A stretch of DNA of 54,083 nucleotides from Actinomycetota bacterium (GTDB taxonomy: Bacteria; Actinomycetota; Acidimicrobiia; IMCC26256; VFJJ01): NCBI GenBank assembly GCA_009886115.1, contig VFJJ01000176.1, positions 1 to 54,083 of the forward strand, written 5' to 3'. Both the position numbers and the translations under genes were made by a program. How positions within the stretch are numbered: position 1 is the first letter of the stretch; each line of letters begins with the position of its first letter. The notes under the pieces are model-generated. The model made no database searches. It had not been told where the DNA came from and was given only the letters and a program-made list of their open reading frames with translations. Positions 37,147-46,679 of this stretch are shown piece by piece.

Positions 37147-38874
37147 ATGGCACACACCCCGACGCCGTTCACCCCCCTGCCGGCCATCGATCTCGACCGG
37201 TACCGACGCGAGGTTCTGGCTGCCGTCTTGGCCCGAGGGGGCATCGACGCCACCGATCCCTGGGAGGCGTTCGTGCTTCCCGCCGAGGTCGAATCGGAGC
37301 CGGTGATCGCCGCCCGCATCGACGAGATCTCGGGTCTCTGGCAAAAGGATCGTGACAACCCCAAGTACCGGGCACTCGTCACCGCGCTCCTCAAGCAACG
37401 CGACGACTGGCGCCAACAGCTCCTCGATCCCGGTGCCCGGGGCCGTCTGCGGGCCGAGGTTGCGGCGCAACGCAAGCGACGTCGTGAGCGGCGTTTCGAG
37501 ATCCTCGACCCGGTCATCAGCGGTCTGCTGGAACGCCACGGCCGGGCCATCCCGCCCGACAAGCTGACCAAGCTCCGCGAGGTGGCCGCGCAGTACGACC
37601 TGAGTGACGCCGACCTCGACGGGCGCATCACCGAGCTGGCGCGGGCCGGGGCCGGGGCTGGACGCGGCACGGGCACTCCCGCCGACCCGGCTGGCAGCCC
37701 GGCTCCCGACCCGCCGTCGGGGCCGACGGTCGAGCCCCCGGCTGTGGCCATCGACCCCGTCGCCGGGGCCCGCCAGGTGCGCTCACTGCTCGAGGAGCTC
37801 CACCAGCTCCTGCCCAACGAGGACGAGTTCTCCACGCTGTTCGAGCTGCTGGGCCTCCGGGTCGACGCGCCCCGCGCCGCGGTCGAGGAGGCGGTCGCTG
37901 CGCTGAAGGGCCGCAACCGCGAGCGCCGGGCCGATCGCTCGCGGGCCACGATCGACGATCTGCTGGCGCTGGTCGACGCGCTGGTGCTGCGCGGCGACCG
38001 CGACCTGTACATGGATGCCGTGGCCGACGAGGTGCGCGACCGCCTGCGGCCCGAGGTCGCGGCGGCGATCCTCCTCGACGACCGTTTGACCCCCGAGGCC
38101 CGTCGTCGGCTCCTCGCCCGGGCCGTCGACCATTTCGGCCTCGACGAGCGACGAGCCACCCGGTTGATCGACGAGCTCTCTGCCGGGCCCCCGCCCGAGC
38201 CGCCCAGCCGCGTTGTGGCCCAGCCCGGCGCCGACGGCGCCGTCGTCACGTGGACCGCATCGCCGACGCCCGGCGTCGAATACCGGATCGTCGCCGAGTC
38301 GACCGTCGGGACGACCCGCATCCTGGGTCGGACCACGAGCTGCCAGATAGTCGACGGTCTCCCGGCGCCCGGGACGGTCTACCTGGTCGTGGCCCGCCGC
38401 GACGGGGCATCGTCGACCCCCGCCCGCTCCGCCGAGCCCACGCCCACGCCCACAAGTGCGCCGCCGGCCGAGCCCGCACCCACGGCGGCGCCCACGCCGC
38501 CGCCGACGGCGCCGAACGAGCCGGACGAGCCGAACGTGGGGCCCACGGCGCCCGGGCCGCAGCTCGCGGCGCCCGTCACCGGCGTGCAGGCGGGCGCCGA
38601 CGGGCGGCTGCGCTGGCGCTGGCCGGTCGGGGTGACCGAGGCCCTGGTGTGCTGGCGGTCCGATGCCGCACCCGACGGACCCGACGATCCGGCTGCACAG
38701 CGCAAGAAGGTCACCAACGGGCTCTACGAGACCGGCGACGGCTGGGTCCTACCCGTGGGGACGGGTCCCGTCCACGTCGCCGTGTTCTCGGGCCTGCGGG
38801 ACGGCTCGACGCTGCACTGGAACCCCGCCTGTCCTGATGACGCCCGAGCGCTCGTCGACCCCTCGCTGACGTAG
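37147..38874 (+). CDS. Hsp70-associated protein with two degenerate J-domain-like regions and FN3-like C-terminal domains
   Basis: DPWEAFVLP...LLDPGARGRL and STLFELLGLRVDA...RRADR...RDLY; PEPPSRVVA...VTWTAS...EYRI...YLVVA; APVTGV...LRWRWP. Confidence 0.6.
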   Translation: MAHTPTPFTPLPAIDLDRYRREVLAAVLARGGIDATDPWEAFVLPAEVESEPVIAARIDEISGLWQKDRDNPKYRALVTALLKQRDDWRQQLLDPGARGRLRAEVAAQRKRRRERRFEILDPVISGLLERHGRAIPPDKLTKLREVAAQYDLSDADLDGRITELARAGAGAGRGTGTPADPAGSPAPDPPSGPTVEPPAVAIDPVAGARQVRSLLEELHQLLPNEDEFSTLFELLGLRVDAPRAAVEEAVAALKGRNRERRADRSRATIDDLLALVDALVLRGDRDLYMDAVADEVRDRLRPEVAAAILLDDRLTPEARRRLLARAVDHFGLDERRATRLIDELSAGPPPEPPSRVVAQPGADGAVVTWTASPTPGVEYRIVAESTVGTTRILGRTTSCQIVDGLPAPGTVYLVVARRDGASSTPARSAEPTPTPTSAPPAEPAPTAAPTPPPTAPNEPDEPNVGPTAPGPQLAAPVTGVQAGADGRLRWRWPVGVTEALVCWRSDAAPDGPDDPAAQRKKVTNGLYETGDGWVLPVGTGPVHVAVFSGLRDGSTLHWNPACPDDARALVDPSLT

Positions 38875-38927
38875 CTCGCCCCCCGAACCCCCGGTGCGCG
38901 TCTGCCTGCCGCGGAGCCGTTCCTACG

Positions 38928-39371
38928 TCAGCCGGCCAAGGGTTGCACGTGCAGGTTGGCCAGTCCAGACGCGAGGACTCCAAGGTCATCTAGATGTCCC
39001 GTCACGATAACCGCCGGATGGTGCTGGGCTGCGGTCGCGACGACGAAGGCATCGACGGCTGCTTGCGATCCGAGGCGAGCTCGGCCGAGCAGCAGGCCGG
39101 CTCGTTGGGCGATGGCCCGGTCGGTCGCGATCACGGCCAGCTTGGCGATGGCGACGTCCACGGCCCGGCGGCGGTCACGGCTGCGTCCGACCTCGGCCAG
39201 GATCGGGGCCGGAACGATGACACGGGACCCTGCGGCCAAGGCCATGGTCAAGATCGCGGAGGCGCGACGGCGACTGATCCCTCGCTCGCCCTGATGGATG
39301 ATCGAGGACAGGGCCTCGGAGTCGAGCACCACCGTCGTCGCTGGCGGTGCCGGGGCTTTACGCTGCGCCAC
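38928..39371 (-). CDS. PIN-domain (VapC-like) toxin
   Basis: VVLDSEALS, ILAEV, AVDAFVVA, IVTG; GTG at 39371 overlaps the antitoxin 3' end. Confidence 0.82.
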   Translation of the reverse strand: MAQRKAPAPPATTVVLDSEALSSIIHQGERGISRRRASAILTMALAAGSRVIVPAPILAEVGRSRDRRRAVDVAIAKLAVIATDRAIAQRAGLLLGRARLGSQAAVDAFVVATAAQHHPAVIVTGHLDDLGVLASGLANLHVQPLAG

Positions 39372-39603
39372 GGCGGCGACGAGCGGGTTGCGCCAGCACC
39401 GCGCTGGCCCAGGTGAGCTCGTCTTGGGTGGGCGGTCCGAGCTCGTCGTGGAGCGCTGCGACGAGCTCGGCGAGCTGGGCACGTTCGAGCTCGTGCCTCA
39501 ATGCCCTATTGACGAAGTCGCTGAGCCCACGAGGACCGACGCGGGCCCTGACGGAGGCGAGCACCTCGGCCTCGACGGTGGCGGAAAGCCTCTGGCGATT
39601 CAC
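39358..39603 (-). CDS. RHH-type antitoxin
   Basis: RLSATV...VRARVGPRGLSDFVNRALRHELER...LHDELGP; TATACT -10-like element just upstream of GTG 39603. Confidence 0.78.
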   Translation of the reverse strand: MNRQRLSATVEAEVLASVRARVGPRGLSDFVNRALRHELERAQLAELVAALHDELGPPTQDELTWASAVLAQPARRRRGAA

Positions 39604-39696
39604 AGTATGATGAGTATACCACTCGACCGGCAAGGCCGGGACGGTCGCCAAGCCCCGCCGGCGCGATGGCCGTCGCTCCTTCGATGGCCGAAGCGT

Positions 39697-39950
39697 CGGA
39701 CACGTGGGTTGGTACTCGGCGAGATCGCCGATGTTGGTCTCCCACTCGTCGATCGTGAGATTGCGCCCGGCCATCCTGCAGGCTCCATCGATCCAGTGTT
39801 GCGGGTCGAGGTCCCAGATCTTGATGCCCGTCGCAGAGCCCTCCTCCGACCGCCAGACGGCTGCCGTCGAGCGCCAGCGATATCAAGCCGCGCTCGTCGT
39901 CGGGGATGGTGATGGTGGAACCCAGCCGTATCCCGGTGGCGACGTCGTTA
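39697..39950 (-). pseudogene. C-terminal remnant of a WD40-repeat (nSTAND-type) protein gene
   Basis: DVATGIRLG...LDGSRLAVGG, then a frameshift, then IKIWDLDPQHWIDGACRMAGRNLTIDEWETNIGDLAEYQPTCP, the typical tail of actinobacterial NTPase-WD40 proteins. Confidence 0.7.
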
Positions 39951-40164
39951 CGGCCGGTACGCGGCCACATGCGATGCCGGTGCATCGACGAGGGGACAAT
40001 TTCCGCCACAGACGGCGAGTAAACCGGCGTCGCCGGTCGAGCGGCACATCTGCACCATTGGAGGCGAGATACACCAATTGTCGCGTTGACCCCGCCCGAC
40101 GCCCGCGCCCGCGTCATCGTCGCCGGATGACGGCCGCCTACGGGAGCGCGCCGCCCGCCCCCCA

Positions 40165-40214
40165 CCGTTCTTTGTGTCCAGAACCGCTCCATGCGCGGCG
40201 CTGGACACAAAGAA
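40165..40214. repeat. REP-like palindromic element, copy 2
   Basis: TTCTTTGTGTCCAG (40168-40181) / CTGGACACAAAGAA (40201-40214), a perfect 14-bp inverted repeat. Confidence 0.78.
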
Positions 40215-40254
40215 GCTGGGTGGGGTTGGCCAAGCCGAGCGGGCTAGGCGTGGG

Positions 40255-42930
40255 CTAGGCGGCGTGGTTGTCGGCGTTCTGCGAGCGGCCCCAGGCCCTC
40301 ACGGCCCAGGAGACGGGCAGCACCGTGGCGCCGACCAGGATGCACTTGAAGAAGTCGCCGGCGGTCAGCCCGTCGGTCGAGAAGACGTCGCCGCCGAACT
40401 CCACGATGAGGATCTGCAGCACGATCACGATGCCGACCATGCTCAGGAACGTCGTGCTCTTGAACACGCCCTTGAACGGGTTGCGATGGAATCGTACCGA
40501 CCGGCAGTTGAACCAGTTGAAGATCTGCAGCCACACGAACGTGTTGAACACGACCGTGTTCCGGTACAGATCGTTGGCGTCGTCGACCTCGAACACGTTC
40601 TTGTCGACGACGAGCCCGGTCGTGAGCACGATCGCCAGCACGGCGATCTGGTAGATGCCCATGCTGAGGATGCTCGTCCACATCGACTTGGAGATGAGCG
40701 GCTCGGCCCGACCATGCGGGGGCTGGTCGAAGAGCTCGTCGGTGGGGGGTTCCAATGCCAGTGCCAGGGCAGCCAGCGAGTCCATGATGAGGTTGACCCA
40801 CAGGAGCTGCACCGCCGTCAGCGGGGTGCCGTAGCCGAGTACCGCGGCCATGAACGCCGTCGTGAGGGCGACCACGTTGATCGTGAGCTGGAACTGCAGG
40901 AACTTCCGGATGTTCTCGAAGACGCTGCGTCCCCACCGGATCGCCCGGACCATCGTCACGAAGTTGTCGTCGACGATCACGATGTCGCTGGCCTCACGGG
41001 CGACCTTCGATCCGGAGCCCATCGAGAACCCGACATCGGCGGTGACGAGCGCAGGAGCGTCGTTCACCCCGTCACCAGTGACGGCGACAACCTCGCCCTG
41101 GCTCTGGAGCAGCTCGACCATCCGCTTCTTGTCGTCGGGCAGGGCCCGGGCCAGCGCGGTGATCCGTGGCAGCTGCGCGAGCACTTCGATGTCAGGCATG
41201 TCCCGGAACTCGGCCCCCTCGAGGACGATGTCGCCCTCGGAGACGATCATCGAGCGCCGACCGATCTCGGTGGCGGTCTCACGGATGTCGCCAGTGATCA
41301 TCATCACTCGTACGCCGGCTTTGCGGCAGCGGGCGACAGCGTCGGGAACCTCCGCCCGGAGAGGGTCGGCGATGATCAGCAGCGCGTCGAAGCGCATCTC
41401 GGCGTCGATGTCATCGGGGGCGGTGGACCCCGGCCGGACTGCCGAGGCCAGACCCAGGGTCCGGTATCCCCGCCGGGCGGCGTCGCGCACCGTCTCCAGG
41501 ATGCGTTCCTCGGTCTCGTCGGTCATGAGGTGGTCCTGACCGTGGGCAGCCAGGCTGGACGTGCAGTGACCGAGCACGATCTCAGGGGCACCCTTCATGT
41601 ACACGGTGAGCTCACCGTCACTTCCGGGGGCCCGGACGGCTGTCAGCATGTGCTTGCGGGTGCTGTTGAACTCACGCCGGATGGTGACATCGGCGCTGTC
41701 GCGGATCTCGCGGTAGTCGACGCCCTGGCTCACGATCCAGCGCAGCAGAGCACCCTCGGTGCTGTTACCGGCAACGACAGTCTGGCCTTCGCGTTCGAGG
41801 AGATCGGCCGAGCTGTTGATCGAGATGGCGCGTGCCAGCGCGGCGAAGGGAGCTCCGGCGTCGGCGTGATCGGCGACGGTCTCGAGCTCGTCGATGGTCC
41901 AGCCGATACCGGCGAACTCCGCCGAATGCAAGGTCATGTGCCCTGCGGTGAGTGTGCCGGTCTTGTCGGTGCAGACGATCGTCGCTGCCCCCATCGTCTC
42001 GCAGGCCGAGAGCTCGCGTACGAGCGCCTGTTCAGCGGCCATCTTGCGGGTCGTGAGCGCCAGCGAGAGCGTGACGGCCAGCGGAAGACCTTCGGGCACA
42101 GCAACGACGACGATCGTGATGGCGATGGTGATGGCGTCGATGATGAACGTGACGAAGTCCTTCGACCATTCGAGGTCGACTTCGTTGCGGGCAAAACCCG
42201 AGATGATGAGAGCAACGAAGGTGACGATCGCCGCCCACTTGCCGCCCATACCGATCTTCACGGCCAGCTTGGCCAACCGTTCCTGCAATGGTGTCGTCTT
42301 GTCCTTCTGGGCGATCTCCTGACGGATCTTGCCGAAGGTGGTGCCATCGCCGACGGTGAGGACCACACCGCGGCCCGAACCGTCCAGGATGCGCGACGAG
42401 CCATACAGATGCTCGCCTAGCTCCTTGGTGGTATCTGGCTCGCCGGTGATGTGGGCCTCGTTGACCAGGAGGTCGTTGCCCCGGGCGAAGCGCATGTCGG
42501 CCGGAACGATGTCGCCCGTGTTGAGCTCGACGACGTCGCCGACGACGAGCTCCTCGCTGTCGACCTCCTCGACCTGCCCGTTGCGGATGACACGCACCTT
42601 CTCGCGCTGGGCGATGGCGTCGAGCGCGGTGTATTCGTTCCGGGCCCGCACCTGGTTCAGCGTGCCGACGAGCGTCACGATGATCACCGCTGCGGTGATC
42701 GCCACACCCTCGATGTAGTGGCCGGTGTACGCGCCCAAAGCCACCGAGACCACAGCACACAGGATCAGGATCCGCAGCACCGGGTCTCCGGCGGCTTCCT
42801 TCACGAAGTCCCAGATCGTCTTCTGGGGCAGCTCGCTGAAGGTGTTCGCACCATGGATGCGGCGGCTTTCGTCGACCTCGGCGTGCGACAGGCCGTGGAC
42901 GACGTCGGTCGTGGACGTCTCGATGGTCAA
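40255..42930 (-). CDS. calcium-translocating P-type ATPase, PMCA/P2B-like
   Basis: TGE, VAVPEGLPLAVT, DKTGT, KGAPE, TGD, GDGVNDAP, FLQFQLTINV, QLLWVNLIMDSLAALAL; TTG start after GGAG. Confidence 0.93.
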   Translation of the reverse strand: MTIETSTTDVVHGLSHAEVDESRRIHGANTFSELPQKTIWDFVKEAAGDPVLRILILCAVVSVALGAYTGHYIEGVAITAAVIIVTLVGTLNQVRARNEYTALDAIAQREKVRVIRNGQVEEVDSEELVVGDVVELNTGDIVPADMRFARGNDLLVNEAHITGEPDTTKELGEHLYGSSRILDGSGRGVVLTVGDGTTFGKIRQEIAQKDKTTPLQERLAKLAVKIGMGGKWAAIVTFVALIISGFARNEVDLEWSKDFVTFIIDAITIAITIVVVAVPEGLPLAVTLSLALTTRKMAAEQALVRELSACETMGAATIVCTDKTGTLTAGHMTLHSAEFAGIGWTIDELETVADHADAGAPFAALARAISINSSADLLEREGQTVVAGNSTEGALLRWIVSQGVDYREIRDSADVTIRREFNSTRKHMLTAVRAPGSDGELTVYMKGAPEIVLGHCTSSLAAHGQDHLMTDETEERILETVRDAARRGYRTLGLASAVRPGSTAPDDIDAEMRFDALLIIADPLRAEVPDAVARCRKAGVRVMMITGDIRETATEIGRRSMIVSEGDIVLEGAEFRDMPDIEVLAQLPRITALARALPDDKKRMVELLQSQGEVVAVTGDGVNDAPALVTADVGFSMGSGSKVAREASDIVIVDDNFVTMVRAIRWGRSVFENIRKFLQFQLTINVVALTTAFMAAVLGYGTPLTAVQLLWVNLIMDSLAALALALEPPTDELFDQPPHGRAEPLISKSMWTSILSMGIYQIAVLAIVLTTGLVVDKNVFEVDDANDLYRNTVVFNTFVWLQIFNWFNCRSVRFHRNPFKGVFKSTTFLSMVGIVIVLQILIVEFGGDVFSTDGLTAGDFFKCILVGATVLPVSWAVRAWGRSQNADNHAA

Positions 42931-42974
42931 TGCTGTCTCCGGTGCTCGGGCTGCCCACCGCGCAGCGCTCGGTC

Positions 42975-43094
42975 CTACAGGTCGACGCTGAAGATCTGCG
43001 CCAATTCTTCGATGCCACCCTGAATGCCATCGCCCAGGTCCGGAAACCTCCACGCTCCACGAGAGCGGTACAGGTCTCCGGACATCATCGACAC
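42975..43094 (-). pseudogene. C-terminal fragment of a second TerD-family gene
   Basis: Not in the ORF track; MSMMSGDLYRSRGAWRFPDLGDGIQGGIEELAQIFSVDL* aligns with the neighbouring TerD tail [38 protein letters not shown]. Confidence 0.72.
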
Positions 43095-43130
43095 CTCACG
43101 ACAATGCAGCGCGGGCGATCTGGACTCCCG

Positions 43131-43706
43131 TCAGACGCCAACCCCCAGGCTCTGCGCTAGCGGACCGAGTCCCCCAACGAAACCCTGGCCCACTGCTCGG
43201 AACTTCCACTCGGCACCGCTGCGGTAGATCTCGCCAAAGACCATCGCTGTCTCGGTACTGGCGTCCTCCGACAGGTCGTATCGCGCGATCTCGCCGTCGT
43301 TGTCGTCGTTCACGATACGGATGAAAGCGTTGCCGACTTGACCGAAGTTCTGGCTCCGCGTTTCGGCTTGATCGACGGTCACCGCAACCACAATCTTGTC
43401 GATGTCAGCAGCCAGCGTGCCGAGATTCACCTTGATAGCCTCGTCGTCGCCGTCGCCTTCACCCGTGCGGCTATCGCCGGTGTGCTCCACTGCGCCGTCT
43501 GTAGACCGCAAGTTGTTGTAGAAGATGAAGTCGGCATCGCTGCGCACTTTTCCTTGCCCAGTGACAAGAAATACACTCCCGTCCAGATCGAACTGCGCTC
43601 CGTCTGTTGCCCGTACATCCCAGCCTAGGCCCACTCGGATCTTGGAAAGGCCTGGAACTTCTTTTGACAGAGAAACATTTCCGCCCTTGCTGAGTGACAC
43701 TGACAT
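43131..43706 (-). CDS. terD: TerD family stress protein
   Basis: [63 protein letters not shown]. Confidence 0.95.
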   Translation of the reverse strand: MSVSLSKGGNVSLSKEVPGLSKIRVGLGWDVRATDGAQFDLDGSVFLVTGQGKVRSDADFIFYNNLRSTDGAVEHTGDSRTGEGDGDDEAIKVNLGTLAADIDKIVVAVTVDQAETRSQNFGQVGNAFIRIVNDDNDGEIARYDLSEDASTETAMVFGEIYRSGAEWKFRAVGQGFVGGLGPLAQSLGVGV

Positions 43707-44070
43707 GTTGATGTCTCCTTTTCTTCCGGCTACCCATGTAGCCATCGTCATGCTGGATTGAGGGGTGACAACTCGCTCAGGTCGCTCAGCCTCCCGGCGA
43801 GCGAGGCTTCCGGGAGCGCAGGGCCCGAGGCTGAAGGCCAGGTTCGCTGCGTCGTGCAGCCCGGGGGTCGAGTCGTAGGTCAGTCGTTCATGCGGTCCAT
43901 GATCCCGCATCCCCTACTCGGAAGGTAATGGGGAAGATCCGAAGAGTTTCGACATCTTACTCTTCCGAGATCGAGAGGATGGCGTCCCTTCTGCCTCGAA
44001 CTGCCTCGCTGTGCCGGAGATCCGCAGCTCCCGGTGGCGCTCGCTTCCAGAATCCGGCAGACTGCTTGAA

Positions 44071-45327
44071 ATGACAGCACGATCCATCAGCCGCTCGGGG
44101 GCGGCGGCCCGCTCCGAGATCGAGGCCCTCGTCGGTCCGTCGGCGCCCAGGGCCGCGCGAGTCGCAGCTCGAGCCGCTCGCGACGCCGGTCTCGAGACCG
44201 GGCTGGTCGGCGAGTACCTCCTCGCCGTGATCGACGCGGCCCAGACGGGTCGGCGGCTGTCGCGGGCCGAGCTCGACACCTGCCGCAGCCAGGGTGAGGA
44301 CTCCGCCGAAAAGGGCATCGCCCTGTCGGCAGTGCTCGACCTCTACCTGAGCGCGACGTGGCGGCTGTGGGCCGACATTGAAGCCCGCACGCCCGAGTCA
44401 CGTCCGAAAGCGGTGGCCACGGTGGCGGCCACGCTGTTCCGAGCCGCTGACGACGCCGCCGCGGCGATCGCCGAGGGCAACGAACGGTCCCAACGCCGCA
44501 TGGTGCGCTTCGAGGAGTCGCAGCGTCGCGAGTTCGTCGATGATTTGCTGTCGGGAACCGCCGAGCCGGGTCTCCTCCAGGACCGGGCCGCCCGCTTCGG
44601 GTTCAACCTCGCCGGAAGATATATCGTCGCCGTGGCCAGAACGCATAGGCGGCTGGTGGACACCGGCCCGGTCCATGGACAGCTCGAAGCTCAGGTGCTC
44701 GCCACCTTCGGGGGACGCGACGTGGTGGTCGCCACCAAAGAAGGCCAGCTGGTCTGCGTGTTCCCCGAAGGCGGCCGAGATTTCACCGTCGTCCTGGCTC
44801 GAGCGTTGGAAGACACTGGCGAGGGCCCGTGGCGGCTCGGGGTTGGTCGGCCAGCTGGAGGGCCGGGTGGGCTGGTCCGCTCCTACGGCGAAGCCCGCCA
44901 GTCCCTCCAGCTGGCCGACCGGCTGGCAGTCGCCGGCCCGGTCGCGCACTTCGAGGACCTCCTGCCCTACCGGATGCTCGTTGCCGACCCCGGGCTCGGC
45001 ACCGAGCTGGTCAGCGCCGTCCTTGGGCCTCTCCATCGGGCCCGCGGCGGGGCGGAGCGCCTCATCGAGACCATCGAAGCCCACATCGCCGCATCCGGGA
45101 ATGTGTCGGCCACCGCCCGTGCCCTTTACCTCAGCCCCCGCGCCGTGGTGTACCGGCTCGAACGCATCGCCCAGCTCACCGGGCACTCACTCCTGGACCC
45201 CGAAGGCCGCTTCATCCTCGAGCTCGCCGTCCGGACCCGCCGCCTCACAGGACCAACCGAACCGGCTGCTCACAGCGCAGCCGCTCCTCCGAAATCTGGC
45301 AACAAGCCACGCCCGAAACCCTCGTAG
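44071..45327 (+). CDS. PucR/CdaR family transcriptional regulator
   Basis: RREFVDDLL, GVGR...LVRSYGEA, C-terminal HTH GNVSATARALYLSPRAVVYRLERIAQLTG. Confidence 0.9.
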   Translation: MTARSISRSGAAARSEIEALVGPSAPRAARVAARAARDAGLETGLVGEYLLAVIDAAQTGRRLSRAELDTCRSQGEDSAEKGIALSAVLDLYLSATWRLWADIEARTPESRPKAVATVAATLFRAADDAAAAIAEGNERSQRRMVRFEESQRREFVDDLLSGTAEPGLLQDRAARFGFNLAGRYIVAVARTHRRLVDTGPVHGQLEAQVLATFGGRDVVVATKEGQLVCVFPEGGRDFTVVLARALEDTGEGPWRLGVGRPAGGPGGLVRSYGEARQSLQLADRLAVAGPVAHFEDLLPYRMLVADPGLGTELVSAVLGPLHRARGGAERLIETIEAHIAASGNVSATARALYLSPRAVVYRLERIAQLTGHSLLDPEGRFILELAVRTRRLTGPTEPAAHSAAAPPKSGNKPRPKPS

Positions 45328-45593
45328 CTACCAGGCCGACCGTGACCCGGGATCCTCGCCATCGGACACACCCACAGAGTGAGCGCGCGCGGTCAGAGAT
45401 GCAGTCGTCAAGGTCATTGCTCCAAGGAATCCAGTCTCGCCCTGTAGGGATGGATCGCTACACGAACTGTCTCACCTGAGCCTGACACACAGGGGTCTGC
45501 GGGTACACCGTTACGGCTGCGCTGGTCGGTCATGCGCTGTGGCCCCGATCAACGCTGTGACTCCTCCCGGGGGCCCGAAGGGGATCTGGCGGT

Positions 45594-46679
45594 TCAGTCG
45601 GTGGACGCACCTTGGCCGTCGGGCCGACGATGGTGGCGTTGGCGGTAGACGGCAGTTGCAAGGGTGATCACCGTGAGAGGAAGGACGAAGGCGATCATGA
45701 CGAGCGCGAACGGGTCGGCGGCTCGGTGGCCTGTGCTGTCGAGCACGAGGAACGTCACGTATGCGCCGTAGTAGGCGACGAACATCGCGCCTTCCCAGCG
45801 GCTGAGTTTATGATCCCACGAGACGACTGGAAGGCACGCAATAGCCACAGCGACCAGGATAGGAAGATCCAGCCGTAGGACCTCATCGGACACGGTGATA
45901 CCGGATGGGGCGACCAGACCGGTTGCGCCGAGCACGAACAGGATGTTGAAGATGTTCGAGCCCACGGCGTTGCCGACGGCGAAGTCGTAGCGGCCTTGGC
46001 GGGCGGCGACGAGCGTGGTGACGATCTCAGGTGCAGAGGTTCCCAGCGCGACGATGGTGAGCCCGATGATGAGCTCGGGGACACCGAGGGATACGGCGAT
46101 GTCCTCGGCGCCGCCGACGACCATGCGGGCTGCGAGGGCCGACAAGGCGAGGCCTGCGACGAGTTCGGCTCCGGCACGTGGGATCGACATCGCCGGTTTC
46201 AGCGGTCGGGCGTCGTCGATTTTGGTGGGTCGGTTCCGTTGCGTGGTGCGAAGCGTCCAGGTCACGAACCCGATCAGTCCAGCGAAGAGCACAAGGCTGT
46301 CGAGCCGGCCGAGCACGCCGTCGATGGCCAGGATGAGGAGGAGCGTCGAGGCGGCGATCATGACGGGGATGTCAGTGCGAACGACTCGTGATGCGACGTG
46401 GATGGTGCCGAGGGTTGCGGCGATGCCGAGCACCAGCAAGATGTTGGCGATATTGGATCCAACGATGCTGCCGACCGCCAGCTCGGTGTCTTCAGCGGCG
46501 ATTGCCTGGCCCACGACAGCGAGCTCGGGGACCGACGTGCCGGCGGCGACGATGGTGAGGCCGATCACCATCGGCGTGAGCCCGAGCCGTTTGCCGAGGT
46601 CCGAGGCCGCGCGCACCACGAGAAAGGCCGAAGCGAGGAGCGTGAGGAGTCCGCCAGCGAAGACGACCAACGCGGTCAT
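45594..46679 (-). CDS. calcium/sodium antiporter (CaCA, YrbG-like)
   Basis: alpha-repeats GLTIVAAGTSVPE...GSNIANI and GLTIVALGTSAPE...GSNIFNI. Confidence 0.93.
   Translation of the reverse strand: MTALVVFAGGLLTLLASAFLVVRAASDLGKRLGLTPMVIGLTIVAAGTSVPELAVVGQAIAAEDTELAVGSIVGSNIANILLVLGIAATLGTIHVASRVVRTDIPVMIAASTLLLILAIDGVLGRLDSLVLFAGLIGFVTWTLRTTQRNRPTKIDDARPLKPAMSIPRAGAELVAGLALSALAARMVVGGAEDIAVSLGVPELIIGLTIVALGTSAPEIVTTLVAARQGRYDFAVGNAVGSNIFNILFVLGATGLVAPSGITVSDEVLRLDLPILVAVAIACLPVVSWDHKLSRWEGAMFVAYYGAYVTFLVLDSTGHRAADPFALVMIAFVLPLTVITLATAVYRQRHHRRPDGQGASTD

Noticed and set aside
39995..40082. Segment bounded by GACAATT/AATTGTC, possible MITE
   Set aside because: A 7-bp inverted repeat, single copy, no target duplication seen
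43825..43890. [12 protein letters not shown] resembles the PiT phosphate-transporter signature GFHDAAN
   Set aside because: Only a few residues match and there is no flanking TM segment; cannot be supported without a search
45330..45590. Possible yybP-ykoY riboswitch (GGAGGAGT...GGCGAGAC on the minus strand) or ABC-F N-terminal remnant
   Set aside because: Core consensus incomplete, no intact downstream gene in that orientation, and the peptide similarity is too short
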